Position numbers and translations under genes: made by a program. A stretch of DNA of 64,000 bases, from the NCBI GenBank assembly GCA_013239625.1, contig MU053472.1:496001-560000 (forward strand). Reading direction: 5' to 3'. Positions within the stretch are counted from its first letter, which is position 1. The number at the start of each line of letters is the position of its first letter. The notes beneath the pieces were generated by a model. The model ran no database searches, was not told the origin of the DNA, and saw nothing but the letters and a program-made list of their open reading frames with translations. This stretch comes from Lama guanicoe. Lineage: Eukaryota. This document shows positions 44,301 to 56,300 of this stretch, piece by piece.

Positions 44301-47300
44301 CCTTCCCTCCTCATCGCTCCGCTTGTCTTTCTGAATCGCTCTCCCTGTCCTACTTTTTTATTTGAGGCTGTGTGTCCAGCTTGGTGAGGGAAAGTAGATT
44401 GGAAAATGAGAGAAATGCTTGTTAACTGTTTGTTAAGAAATCTTACTCACCTTTCCGTCTCAAGGTATCTCAGTGACTCCTGAATCTCAGTTACTCTTGA
44501 TATGATTTCAAAACTTATATACTTGTCCCTCCCAACATCTGAGGTTTATACTTCCCTCTGGGTGAAGACCAGATTTGAACAGAACTGTAATCCTATATAT
44601 AGTCTTTCTGAAGTCTTCTTTGCTTGTATGTATACAGAATTATAAACTGCCAGATTATTATCATTTTCATTGGTGTAGATATAAAGGTGAAGACAGAGCA
44701 AATAAAGGAGGAAAGATAAAATAATCTTTGTGAAAACCAGGAAAAAAAAGTTAAGATTGCTTTAATGCTTTTTTCGATCTGAGGTTCTTTTGTTAGCTTA
44801 GGGATATAAAATGTATTATCAGATTTAATTACAGAATGCCATATTTAATTTTAGAGCATAGTTTATTTGGATATTACAGATTTGCTACTTGAATTTAGTT
44901 TCATAAGATTTGTTTTTGTTTTTGTTTTTTCATTTGTAACAAAAAAAATGTTTTTTACAATTAGAAGTTAACCTTATTCTGACACCAACTAGTGTACTGC
45001 AATTCAGTTCTGACACCACCTAGAGTTAGATCAGATGCCATGAATTAAGGGTTCAGTTCTCTCCATAAAACTGCCCCTGCTTCAGGTGGTTCCATAAGTA
45101 GGGTGCCCAGTTCGCCCATAATTCTGACCAGCTGTCTGCGAATTTGGGGGTTCCTATGACCTCTTCAGGTTCAATAATTCACTAGAACAACTTACAGAAC
45201 TCAGGAAAGCATTATACTTACAATCACAGTTTTATTATAAAAGATACAGATCAGGATCAGGTCCAGGCAAATGAAGAGATACATAAAGTTTGGTCTGGGT
45301 GCATCCCGAACACAGAGGTTTCCTGTTCTTTCCCTGTGGAATCAGGGTACCTCATTCTCCCAGCATATCAATGTGTTTGCCAACCAAGAAGTTCCATTGA
45401 GCTTCAGTGTGCAGAGTTTTTGTCAGGGTTTCATTACTATGGTGTGGTTGATTGAATTATAGGCCACATGATTAATCCAGCTCCTCTCCCCTCCCCAGAG
45501 GTCCAGGGGACCCTCTGATCACATGGTCAGTCTTTCTAGTGAGTAGCTTCTGTCCTGAGTTCTATCCATCTCTTAGCATAAACTCAGGTATGGTCCACAG
45601 GGCTCATGAATAATGAACTCACTTCTATTACTTGAGAAATTCCAAAATTTTAGAGTCTCTCCCAGACACCAGGAATAAAGGCCAAATTCTTTACTATGTA
45701 ATAGGTCTACAACCTTTACAAGAGAATTCTAGGGTCTCTTAGTTTTAGCTACTTATGAGCCAAGTTCCAGCTTTTTTTCTGACTCTAGTACTTTTAATTT
45801 TTTTTCTATTATTGCTTTGAACAAACAGGTGATAAGGTGATTATTGTTTCTAATTCTACCACAATAAGTTACAGGAGACTACCTACCATTGTTCATTCCA
45901 CTCTGTCCTATAAGGCTGGAGACACAATTATATCCACAAACCTCTAGATTAATGATTCTCAGAATTATCTGCCAAGTATTTAAAAATACAAACAAACATA
46001 TTGTATTCCTGACTCCGAGGATTCTGATTCATTTTGAACCAGTGTCTAGGGGACTATTTTTTGAACAAGCTCCTCTGATAATTCTGTTGAACACCTGCAA
46101 TTGAGAATCACTACTACTAGGGGAGGATATAGCTCAAGCACTAAAAGTGTGTGCTTAGCATGCACAAGGTCCCAGGTTCAATCCCCAGTACCTCCTCTAA
46201 GAGTAAGTAAATAAATAAGCCTAATTACCCCCCCCTCAAAAAAAAAAAGAGAATCACCACTCCTGGATCAGGACTGCCCACTAGAAATCTAATGCAAGCC
46301 ACATATGTAATTTTAAATTTTCTACTGGCCATGTTTAAAAAGGTAATAAGAAACAGATAAAATTACCTTTAGCAGCATTTTATTTAACCCATTGTATCCA
46401 GAATAGCATTTTAATATGTAATAAAAAGTTACTAATGAGATATTTTCCATACTTCATACCAAGTCTTTGAAATTTAGAGTATATTCTATACTTACAGAAT
46501 GTCTCAATACAGACCAGCCATCTTTCCAGTGTTTCCTAGCCACATAGACAGCTCAACTGTAGACCAGGAATTAATTAGGACAATCACACTGAGTCCTCTT
46601 TGTTTTATGTTAATAGTAATGCCCTAAGGAGAGAATTTTTTTTTCCTACAAACTCTTATGTTCTCATGTTGCTTATTCTTAGTAGTTACAGGAATTATCC
46701 ACTTCTGATACTGTGTATATACTGTATTTATTCAATGAGAACAGAGAACAGGCATATGAATATGCATATTTTACTTATTCAATGCAAAACAGAATTTTAT
46801 AATATTTTCCCAATATTATATTTGGGGTTAACAAACCAAAAATTCTTGGGGGAGAAAACACATGTACTCTAATCGCAGTTTTTTGAATTTTCTTTCTTGG
46901 TACTTGGTCTTCCCATTCCTAGCCAGACATTCATTTGAAGTAGACTGAACCTGTCCAGTAAGTCCTTAGGAGTATCTCTAAGTGGCATTGTGAAAGCAAG
47001 ACTATGATCTCTTGTTGTGCAGGGGGTCAGCTGGTGGAATTCTATTCCTGCAGTTTGTTTTTGACTAGTGATTTAGCCCCCGCGGGTTGGGATGAGACAT
47101 GGCTCACTGTCTGCAAACTGACAACAGCAGAGTATTTCTTCAGGAAATGCCTTAGATGCTGTTTGAATGCAAGACCGTGTCCCATTTGCACATGTTTTGC
47201 TTTTTAGAGAAGCAGGCAAAACACAAGCAGCTGCCATTGCAAATAAGTGGAGCAGCCTCTGAGGAGGGAGAAGACACCTGATTTTAACACCCTTGGGCAG

Positions 47301-50300
47301 TTAGCCTGTGGCCAACATGTTTGGAGCCTTTTTGTTTAAATTCATTGTGGGACTTTGTATTGCATTTTTTAATACCTAAAATTTTTTTAAATTTTATTCT
47401 GGAAAGGACATTTAAAATGAGATCTACTCCTTTAATAATACTTCAAGTGTACAATATAGTATTGTTGACTTTAGGTACAATATTGTACAACAGATCTCTA
47501 GCACTTACTCATCTTGCTGGACTGAAACTTTCGTTTGACATTCAGTATAATTTGACTATCTTTTTTCCTAATTGTCCTCTCAATATATATTTTTAAAAAG
47601 CAGCAGATAACTAAACAGTTTATTTCTAATCTCTGTGACTTTCTGCGTCATCCCTCTTGCTAGGTAGGCTTCAGCCAAGGTGTGTGTTCATCTTCTTGAT
47701 CTTCTACCGAAGACTTCCAGATTTTTTCTGGGAACTGTAGTTGCAGCTTATTTGGCATCCCCAGGTCTTACTCACCACAGGATTCAATATTAGAGCTTCA
47801 CTAAGGGAAGCTCCTGGTCTAGGTATACCCTTTTCTTCTTAAACTCCCTTCACTTAAACAGCAACTGCAGAGATTTTCGTGACTTAAGCCTAGTAGGAAA
47901 CTTGTGTATATGGGACACCTACCTATACAAGAAATGCGTGTATGTGTTTTTCCTTCTTTATCTTCTCAGCATTTAAGGACTATTTCCTGTTGTATGTGAA
48001 TTTTTTTTTTTTGAGGGGAGGGGATTTTTGCTATCATTTTTCAAAGGTGACTTGTAGCCAGTTAGCAATTGTTCTTCGAGGAGAAATGGGTGAGTTTCTT
48101 CAGTCATTTTCTTGGTGCAGGAGTAGTCAGGACAGCTGGACTGCACTAAGAGAATATTTTGTTATTATTTAGACTTTTAGGACTTAAATGCTTTTGTCTA
48201 AAATTCCATCAGGCCAGCTCTTTAGTGAGTTCAACCAGTATTTTACATGGATTAATCCTGGAGCTCAGACTGTTATCATTCAGCATTCCTTTTTCTCTAT
48301 CTTTTCCCAATGAGGCTCAGGGGACAGAGCCCGAGACGTGTCTTTTTTCTCGCTCTGAAACCCTAGTTTATCACTCACTGGTGCTGGTGATGGAAAAGCT
48401 TGTTACACAAAAGCATCGTCCTGCATGTATTTTTGACGATTCATCGAATTTGACATTCACGATTTTACTTAGCTTTGGCCATATTAAGTAACTCTGAATA
48501 ATCTGGAAACTAATAAATTCTTTAGTCAGCCTGTGTATTTGATCTTCCAAAATATAGCTATATTTATACAAACATATGTGAAGTCAGTTATCTCATAAAC
48601 TCTGTAGCTATGCACATGGCTATATGCATATTATGCCATTCTGGGAATATGAAACTTAAAACTACAGATGATTTTCATAAGTAATACACATTAGTGAACA
48701 TAGTTCATTTTTTGAAACTTTTAATCTGTGATTCAAATAAGAAGCATCAAAATTGAAGCAGGAGATGGAAGTCTACTTTTGTTGTATGTTTCTGTACATG
48801 TATAATGGGTGAGGACCTATTGGTGTTTATTTCCACCTATTTCTTAGATGGAAATCCATGCTTTAGTTAATTTGAGTTGCACTGCACTTTCTCTGCTCTT
48901 TGCTCCTTGTGAATTCGACCTTCTATGTTATAATGTTTTAATTCAAGTACTTTCCTTTTCTCCTGTCTCACATCCAGAAGAGGTCGGCTGTGTTTTCCCC
49001 TGATAGCACATGTTTTGGTGATGACTGAATTCAGGCTGTTGGCATCTTCAGTGTTCAGCTGTCGGTGGGTGGCCTCAGGATCTTTTTATGAAGGAGGTTG
49101 TGAGGAAGTTTAGCAATCAGAAGCCTTCCATGTGACTCATCGGCAGCCTACTGCCATTCTTGAGAATTCTAATCATCTCTGACACCCAGAGATGAGACCC
49201 TTTGGCTCATACTGAGACACTCAAGTCATCCAACGTGTAGCATTTTTTAGCAGTGGGAGCCCTTGGTTGTAGTTAGCAGGCCAGAATGAGCTATAAATAA
49301 ATAAAATCCTACAGTGCTTGCTTCCTTCATTCAGGGTAGTCTGCTGATAAGATGCAAGCATCTGGCAAAAGAGAAGATTCTCAGCAGGTTTAAGTGCTTA
49401 CCAAAGTGCTTTCCTGTATCCATGGCTCTGCTCCTGGTCTCTGCTCTGTTATTTTGGCACTCTGGACTTGTAAGATTGGAGAGTCGAGTATAAAACTCAA
49501 TATATCATTAGGGGAGCCCAAGGTCCCTTCTTGTCAAGGAAGACTAGCTGATTCCAGGGGGAAGGAAAAGCAGAATCCAGGGCACCTGTAAATCCCTGTA
49601 GTTTTGCGCTGTGGGTTTGTAGCTAATTATACAGCAGGCAGTAGTAATACGCTGTAGCTCTGTTGGCATATTTGTTTCAGAAAGAGCAAAATCTTCCAGC
49701 AGAGCAAAGAAGGGGCTTTGAAGGGGCTGCAAATGAATGAAGCAATGATCACTTTATTGTAAACGAAAGCTCTGCAGTGGAATCAGGGCATCTGAACGGC
49801 CAGGAGGTGGTGGGGAAGATGCCAATAGAAATACACGGTTCAGATGCTTTTTAGCTCTCGATTTGGATTCTCCTGCAGAAACAGTCACACAAGGAGACCA
49901 CCGCTGGTCACAGCCAGTCAAATTGCTCTCTCTCCTATGGTACTGCTGTTAGTGACTGCTAGTAGGTTATTCAGCCGACCTCTTCTGATTCTGCTTTGCT
50001 GCCTGATTTCAAAAGATTTGCCCTATCCTGGCTCTCAGTCACAGCTTGATGTAACCACTGCTTGTTTGCATGCATCCCCATCATTTTCATATAGGTTCTT
50101 TTTTTTTCCCCCTTCAAGTTAGAAGGCAGAAGAATCAGGAGAATTTTTATATAATAAAAGATTTATGTAGGGCCAGCTAGAATCAAGCAAAATGAAATTC
50201 AGATGGAAGGGATGGTAAAAGGCCCAGAGAACTTGTGCCTGCCAGAGAAGTCAGTGTTCCTTAAATAAAGAGGGTTCAGCCAGCAGGCAGCAACTCTGAC

Positions 50301-53300
50301 TTTGCATTCATATTGAAGCAGGCTCTCTAGCCATTCTAGGCAGGCAGATCAATAAAATCAGAGGTGACTTAATGCCGAGGACCTCAGAATTCAAAGGCTT
50401 TCTCTTGTCCTTCTTTAAATTTAGTCTATATTGATGTGGACTGCTACCCTCGGGAACAGAGATGAGAAAATACCAGGTCTAGATTCTGGTTTTTGACACC
50501 CTATTGAGCGATATCCTTGGAAAGCATCCCCTTTGGTTTATCAGTTATCACGTCTGTAAAATGGAGCTAATCTCCTAAAAGGAAAATGATTCCAATATTT
50601 TTCAAAACATTGTAAGTGAAGATTCATCATGCGTGCTTTGAAGAGCCTAAACAACAAATGTTTCATAAGGGAATTTGTACCCCTTTTATGTATTTGAAAA
50701 TGCAGTTGATTGCCTTATCAGAGATTGAGCAATTGGGCTATTTTTGCATGATGAGTATGCAGTGAAATATGGTAGATTTTGTTTTATTTTTAGCCATATA
50801 AATGGAATATTTGACTCATATACAGTCTCTACCTTGGTTGTTTATTTTTGTGCAGACCATGGATCTAGCTTTCTAGTGTATCACAATACTGTGCAGTATG
50901 TCACATTGGTCATTTTCTTAAATTGATCAAATAGCCCCTGTATAGAGTAACAAAATATATAAATGATCATTATAGACATGGCTAAGTATTTACCTGGTAG
51001 TAGAGAGTTTAACCTTCCTTCCCTGGTCATCTCCCTGACAGCCCCACAGATTCTTATTCTATCAAAGAAGATAAGCTGCCTCTAAACTTACCTCTTATGT
51101 GATTGATTTGAGGCCATTCCTTTAAAACTGGAGATGTTGGGAGTTTTTCTTCTCACCCCATGCTGTGTAGATGGTGCATGATTCCTATAGCAAAGCAGCA
51201 GGGGGCTCCCGGTGAGAGCTTGAGGATTGCTGATGGAGAAGGGCTGGCTTTTTGTTGGTGGTGTTCTTTTCAATTCAGGCCCCTTTCTACTGAAAACTTG
51301 GCCCTCATCCTGTGAAGACTCCCTAAGGGATTAGAGTGTAGCCACAGAAGCAGTGAGACCATTTTATTAGTGTGAGAAATTGGTTAACAGTGGAGAGAGA
51401 TTACACTGATTTCTAAATTCCAGAAACCTGGATGGATGGAACCTGAGATTGCTCTGCTTGTAGGGTTCTTCTCTCTGAACTGAGGTTCATGGATTGGAGA
51501 CTGTGCAGGTGGCCCTTTTCTTTAGAATCCTTTGTATCTTAAAAGGGACACTTTCCTATATTCTCATTAGCATTTACTCTTAGTTTTCTGCTTCTGCTCT
51601 AGCACCTGTGCCTACTTTTTGTTGGTTGATGAGGGCCAAGTGCATTGTAACTAAGAATCTCTTGTAAAATGAAACCCATCCCCCTGAATGAGAGGCTCGA
51701 AGAATCTACACGGCAAAGGCGCAGGCTTTTGCACTCTGAGGTTGCTCTTGCTGCCTTATGAATTGGCTCTGTGATACAGGTTTGATGCAGAGAGCATTGC
51801 TACTCACAAATCACACGAGGTGTACAGTTTGTGTGCAGTGATATGTCACAGCTCTTTATTTATATGGCCAGCTCAGTCTATTCTGCTCCTTTCACTGCTG
51901 TGGAAAGTGCATCATTTCCCTCCCTCTCTCCTCCTTCCCACATGTCATCAGCACCACCCACTATGTTCTGCCCATTAAGTCCTCTGTGTGCCAGAAAACC
52001 CCAATTAAATGCTGATAAAAGAATGTTAGAAGGTTAAGATATCAACCAATCAACCCCCTTACAGGACTCCTAAATTGTGGGTAGTAAGTATAACTTTTCC
52101 CTCTTAACATTGAAAATAAGGAGTTTTATTCACTTTTTTTTTTCCACTTGAGGACATGACTGACATCAGATTAAGGGGGGAAAAAAGCATTGGTGCCAAA
52201 GACCAAAGAGAATGCATTAAACTCACTTTGCAGTTTCCATTCTTATCTTAGTCTTTCACAATTTTGCAGCGTTCTTTATTAGGAAATTCTAGGGCTAGCC
52301 AAATCTAGTAAGGTTTTATTTATGGAAGGCCTAGAGTTTTTAAGCTTAAACAGCAATTTAAAAAAGTCATTATTACCCTAAACGCATTTAATTTAAAAAT
52401 TATTAATTAACTTTTAACAATTTATACCGCTCTAATCATAGAATCATTAGTCATTACATTCCTGCATGATTTTCAGTTCCTTTAAGCTCCTATAGTATGC
52501 CACCCCCTGACCTCCACCCCCACCCAGCCAGGTCTTCCGGAGAAAGACCAGGGTTAAAAAGAATTAGAAAAGGTAGCTGGGAACCCAGATTCCTGACTTC
52601 TTTTTTTAGAGGAGAGTTTGTAGGTGCATTGTACATCCCAGAAGAACAGTTAGGGTGGAAGGGGCTGTGGAATCAACTTCCGAACTTCCTTATTGCATTT
52701 TTAGTAAAATAGGAATGAGTAAGAAGATTCTCCAAGAGTCTTGTCAAGAATTGTATTTCATATTGAAGCTTGAGATAATATACCATATCATATAGCTTAA
52801 ATTAATTTTCATAAGCCTGTGTTTTATCCTTACTCTGCATTTTTTTTTTTGTAATAGAGCTATAAAAAATTTCATGGTAAATATATTTCGACCCTTTCTG
52901 TCAACAGCTGCTGTGGTGGGGTAGGTCAGGAGGCATGCCTCTTTGGAGGCATCCCGGGGGTTGAAGGGTAATGAGCACTTAATTATGTCTGCTGAATGCC
53001 AGAGCGGCCAAACTGGAGCTCCTCCCCACTGGTCTGTATCTGCTCTGACAGTTCTTTTATTATGGCTTTCACTAACCTGTCAGTAACTAACTGTGGTTGT
53101 TTAATTACAGAGGGAACATCCCCACGCTAAACAGGTACCGTATATTTAGTTTTCTTTCCCCCTCCCAATTAAAACCACCTTTTTTTTGTAACTTGGAATA
53201 GTGAAATTAGGGGGAAAAAATAACACTACAAACTAACATAATATCTTCTGTTAGGGAGTCCTGAGCTCCCCTTTGGACATACTAAATTATTCTTTCTGTT

Positions 53301-56300
53301 TAGAAAACATGTCTTCAGCTTTTCTTCAGCCGTTCAAAAAGCAATACTTGAAAAGTCTCAGTATGGGAAAGCTCCCACCTAGCTATACATGATAGAGGAA
53401 TCTGCCTGATGTTCAGCTTTGCTGTAAACATCTTCTTTTGCTAAGTTGTCGGTCTAGTTTGGGGCTTTCAGAGGAGAAAACCTTACGATTACTCCTATGC
53501 TGGCAAACTGTTCGTAAATTTTTCAATTTTTACTTTCTCTGATTCGCTTCTCCTTCCAGAGAAATGCAAATGCAGGAATAGCTGATCTCATGTTTTATCA
53601 GTTTGTTAGCTATTTTCTCTAAAGTGTTAAAGTGTGATGATGATTTGAAAGTCAAGTTTTATTTCAGACCTATAATAAGATTAACATTTGAAAAGTATAT
53701 TCAAAGTTTTGTTGTGTTGCATGTAGCCTTGTGAAGATGCTTCCAGACCACTGTAACACAAGTAATATTGCAGTGCTTCCTTCTGCTCCTCAGCCAAGCA
53801 AGGCAACACAGTGCAAGTTTGAGAGGATAGCAGTACTGATTGGAATCCACAAAATGCTAAAGCCGCAGCAAGTTGGTGGCGAGCTCTTTGTAGATGATCA
53901 AATTATATACTGAAATATTTACGGACATATGTTTATTTTGTCCCTCTCCCTTTAAATATTAAGTAATCAAAACTGATCATGGTTTTTAGCATCCAGTTTG
54001 CATGGGGAGAGGAAAGGGAGTGCTTTTGTCTGGTCCTCTTGTCTGCTCTTGGACAGTGGGCTTTCTTCATTCCTGCCTGCCTTGAGCCATCCTGGCCCAA
54101 GAGCAGGGTCATGGGGGAAACTGAAATGCGGATACGTCCCATGGGGCTCTTTGAGTGAAAAAGATTCTTAACCCCATGTTTCCCACCAACGTAGCCTGTC
54201 AGCTTACTCAGAGGCAGTTCCCTTTAAGGGTTATCTCAATTATCTTTCCTGTCTAATGCCAGGCAGGTAGAAAAGATACAATGCCTCACAAACTTGCTCC
54301 TTGGCTCAGTCCTTTTGGTGATCCTAGAAAAGAGGGTGGTAGCATATCTGAGTCTGAACAACTCTGAATCCAGTTTCTAGCGAGCACCGTGTGTAAGGCT
54401 TGCTTGATGTGTGTTTCGTTTGTTTGTTTCATTCATGGTATCAATGGTTTCCTCTCCCACTCTACCTTTCTAGTCCCTGGTACTGTCAAAAGATGGGGTA
54501 CCTTTTTTATAGTCGTCATTTGCCAAAGGAATTAAAAACCTGGAGTGTCAGTCTCTATAGTCTGTGTGAGCAGCACTCCCATTCTATAAAAAAAATTCTA
54601 TTGCCTTTTATAATTACAGTTTGCAATAGAGTACAGTGTGTACCCAGATCACTAGCCCACTTTGCAAGCTCCCTTCCCCCTGCAATACTGCAGGTGGTGC
54701 ACTTGGAGGAGATTTCTGAGCAGCTCCCCAGAGTTCAGGTGCCATTGCCTTGCTCCAAACTTGCTTCAGATCAGTATGCCAGTAACGTGTCAGGCAAGTC
54801 CTGGAGGCATCCTGTGGCTTGGTCCTTCCTAACAGGCTGTCCTGATGACTCGGCCTTCATAAACACTTTACAGTACTATTTATTCAGTATGTGCTGCTGA
54901 GGTGCATCAAGGAATATCCGGATTCATTACGTTTTTAGATGGAAAAAAATCAATTCAATTCTCTTTGAGCATCTCCATTTACACCTATTTGTCATGCTTA
55001 CACATACTTTGAGACCCATGCTCTGCCCTTTTGTATCTTGCTGAGATTAATTAAAGGCTTTCAGCGAAGATATACTTTGGTATAGAAGTGTTTAAATAGA
55101 AAAAAAAGGAAAATTTGCAAAACTGTCTCTCTTTCAAAAAAGGAAGGAGCTATATAATCCTTTTAACTGCTCTCCCCATCAGCCCATTAAAGGAAAAATG
55201 TAAACACCTCAGTGAAGTTCCTTTTATAGACTGACTTGTTTCTCTATGATGAACCATGCTTTTTTTAATGATTTACTAGACCATTCCAAATGACTTTACT
55301 GGTTGTTGTACATGCATCTATCTGTGAATACTTAGTCTGTTACAATTCCTAGAGAAAAATGCCGTAAGTGTTGCCTCATTGCGACTCACTTGGCTTGCTT
55401 ACTTCCTTTTAAAAGAGAGAATGTTTTAGGGAAGGGGAAGGTGCAGGATGGTTTTTAACCCCTAAGTGCCATTCCTTCATTCGACATGTCATGATGTCGT
55501 TGTGTTAAAACCACCATGATGTTCCTGACAGTTCTTAGGTTTTTATTTGGAGAAATTTGGGGAGTGGTAAAAAATACTGTGTGTCGGGGATGGGGCAGGA
55601 ATTCAAATGCAAAGGTTAATGTGAATCTAGCAAGACAACTTAACTATAGTGGGTTAAAAATACCAGATCTGCTCTGCAACCTGACCCTACCTCAGTTTCC
55701 TCCTCGCTCCTTTTCCCTATTGTTATTCTCCCAGTCCTTGCTCCTACCCTCCTTGTCTAATGCACTTGATTGAATTACCATTTAGAATGTCCTTCTCCTC
55801 CAACCTCAACCACTATGGCATGACTCATGTAGCTAGTGTCAGCGACGTGCTGCTGGACAACTCATTCACTCCACCGTGTCAGCGGATGGGCGGAATGGTC
55901 TCTTTTCGGACTTTTGAAGATTTTGTCAGGTAAGGCATCGTGGAACTGTGTCTATCCGAGGGGAGCCTTGGGCATCTCAGGTTTCTGTCAAATGAATAAA
56001 GGACCCCAGATTAGCCACGAGCCAGCTAACGAGACATAGCCCTTGCCGTATTCGCCCTCGGAGGGGTATATGTCCTTCCCTTTCCACCTCTCGTGCAGAC
56101 TCTGCAAGCCTCTACTTGTTATATGAGCCTGGTCAGAAAAAAAGAAACGAACAAAAACTATCGTTTCCTCAGTAGCTAACAGAAGAAGCTATCTGTTCTG
56201 TGATGAGTGAAATGTCAGGAGAACTTAAACACAACACGAGACTGAGCCCCACCAGAGACGATACATCTTTTGATTAAATGCATTCAGCATCTATCTCTTG

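Noticed and set aside
46120..46196. Possible tRNA-Ala gene
   Set aside because: D arm is degenerate, and it has a SINE body, A tail and TSD; it is a retroposed SINE.
48940..48990. Strong pyrimidine tract plus CAG followed by AAGAG|gtcgg, possible extra microexon
   Set aside because: 5 nt would shift the frame, the donor is poor, and the known protein needs no extra residues here.
54400..54900. Longest non-exonic ORF (166 aa)
   Set aside because: TTG start, intronic, no recognisable domain; consistent with a chance ORF.
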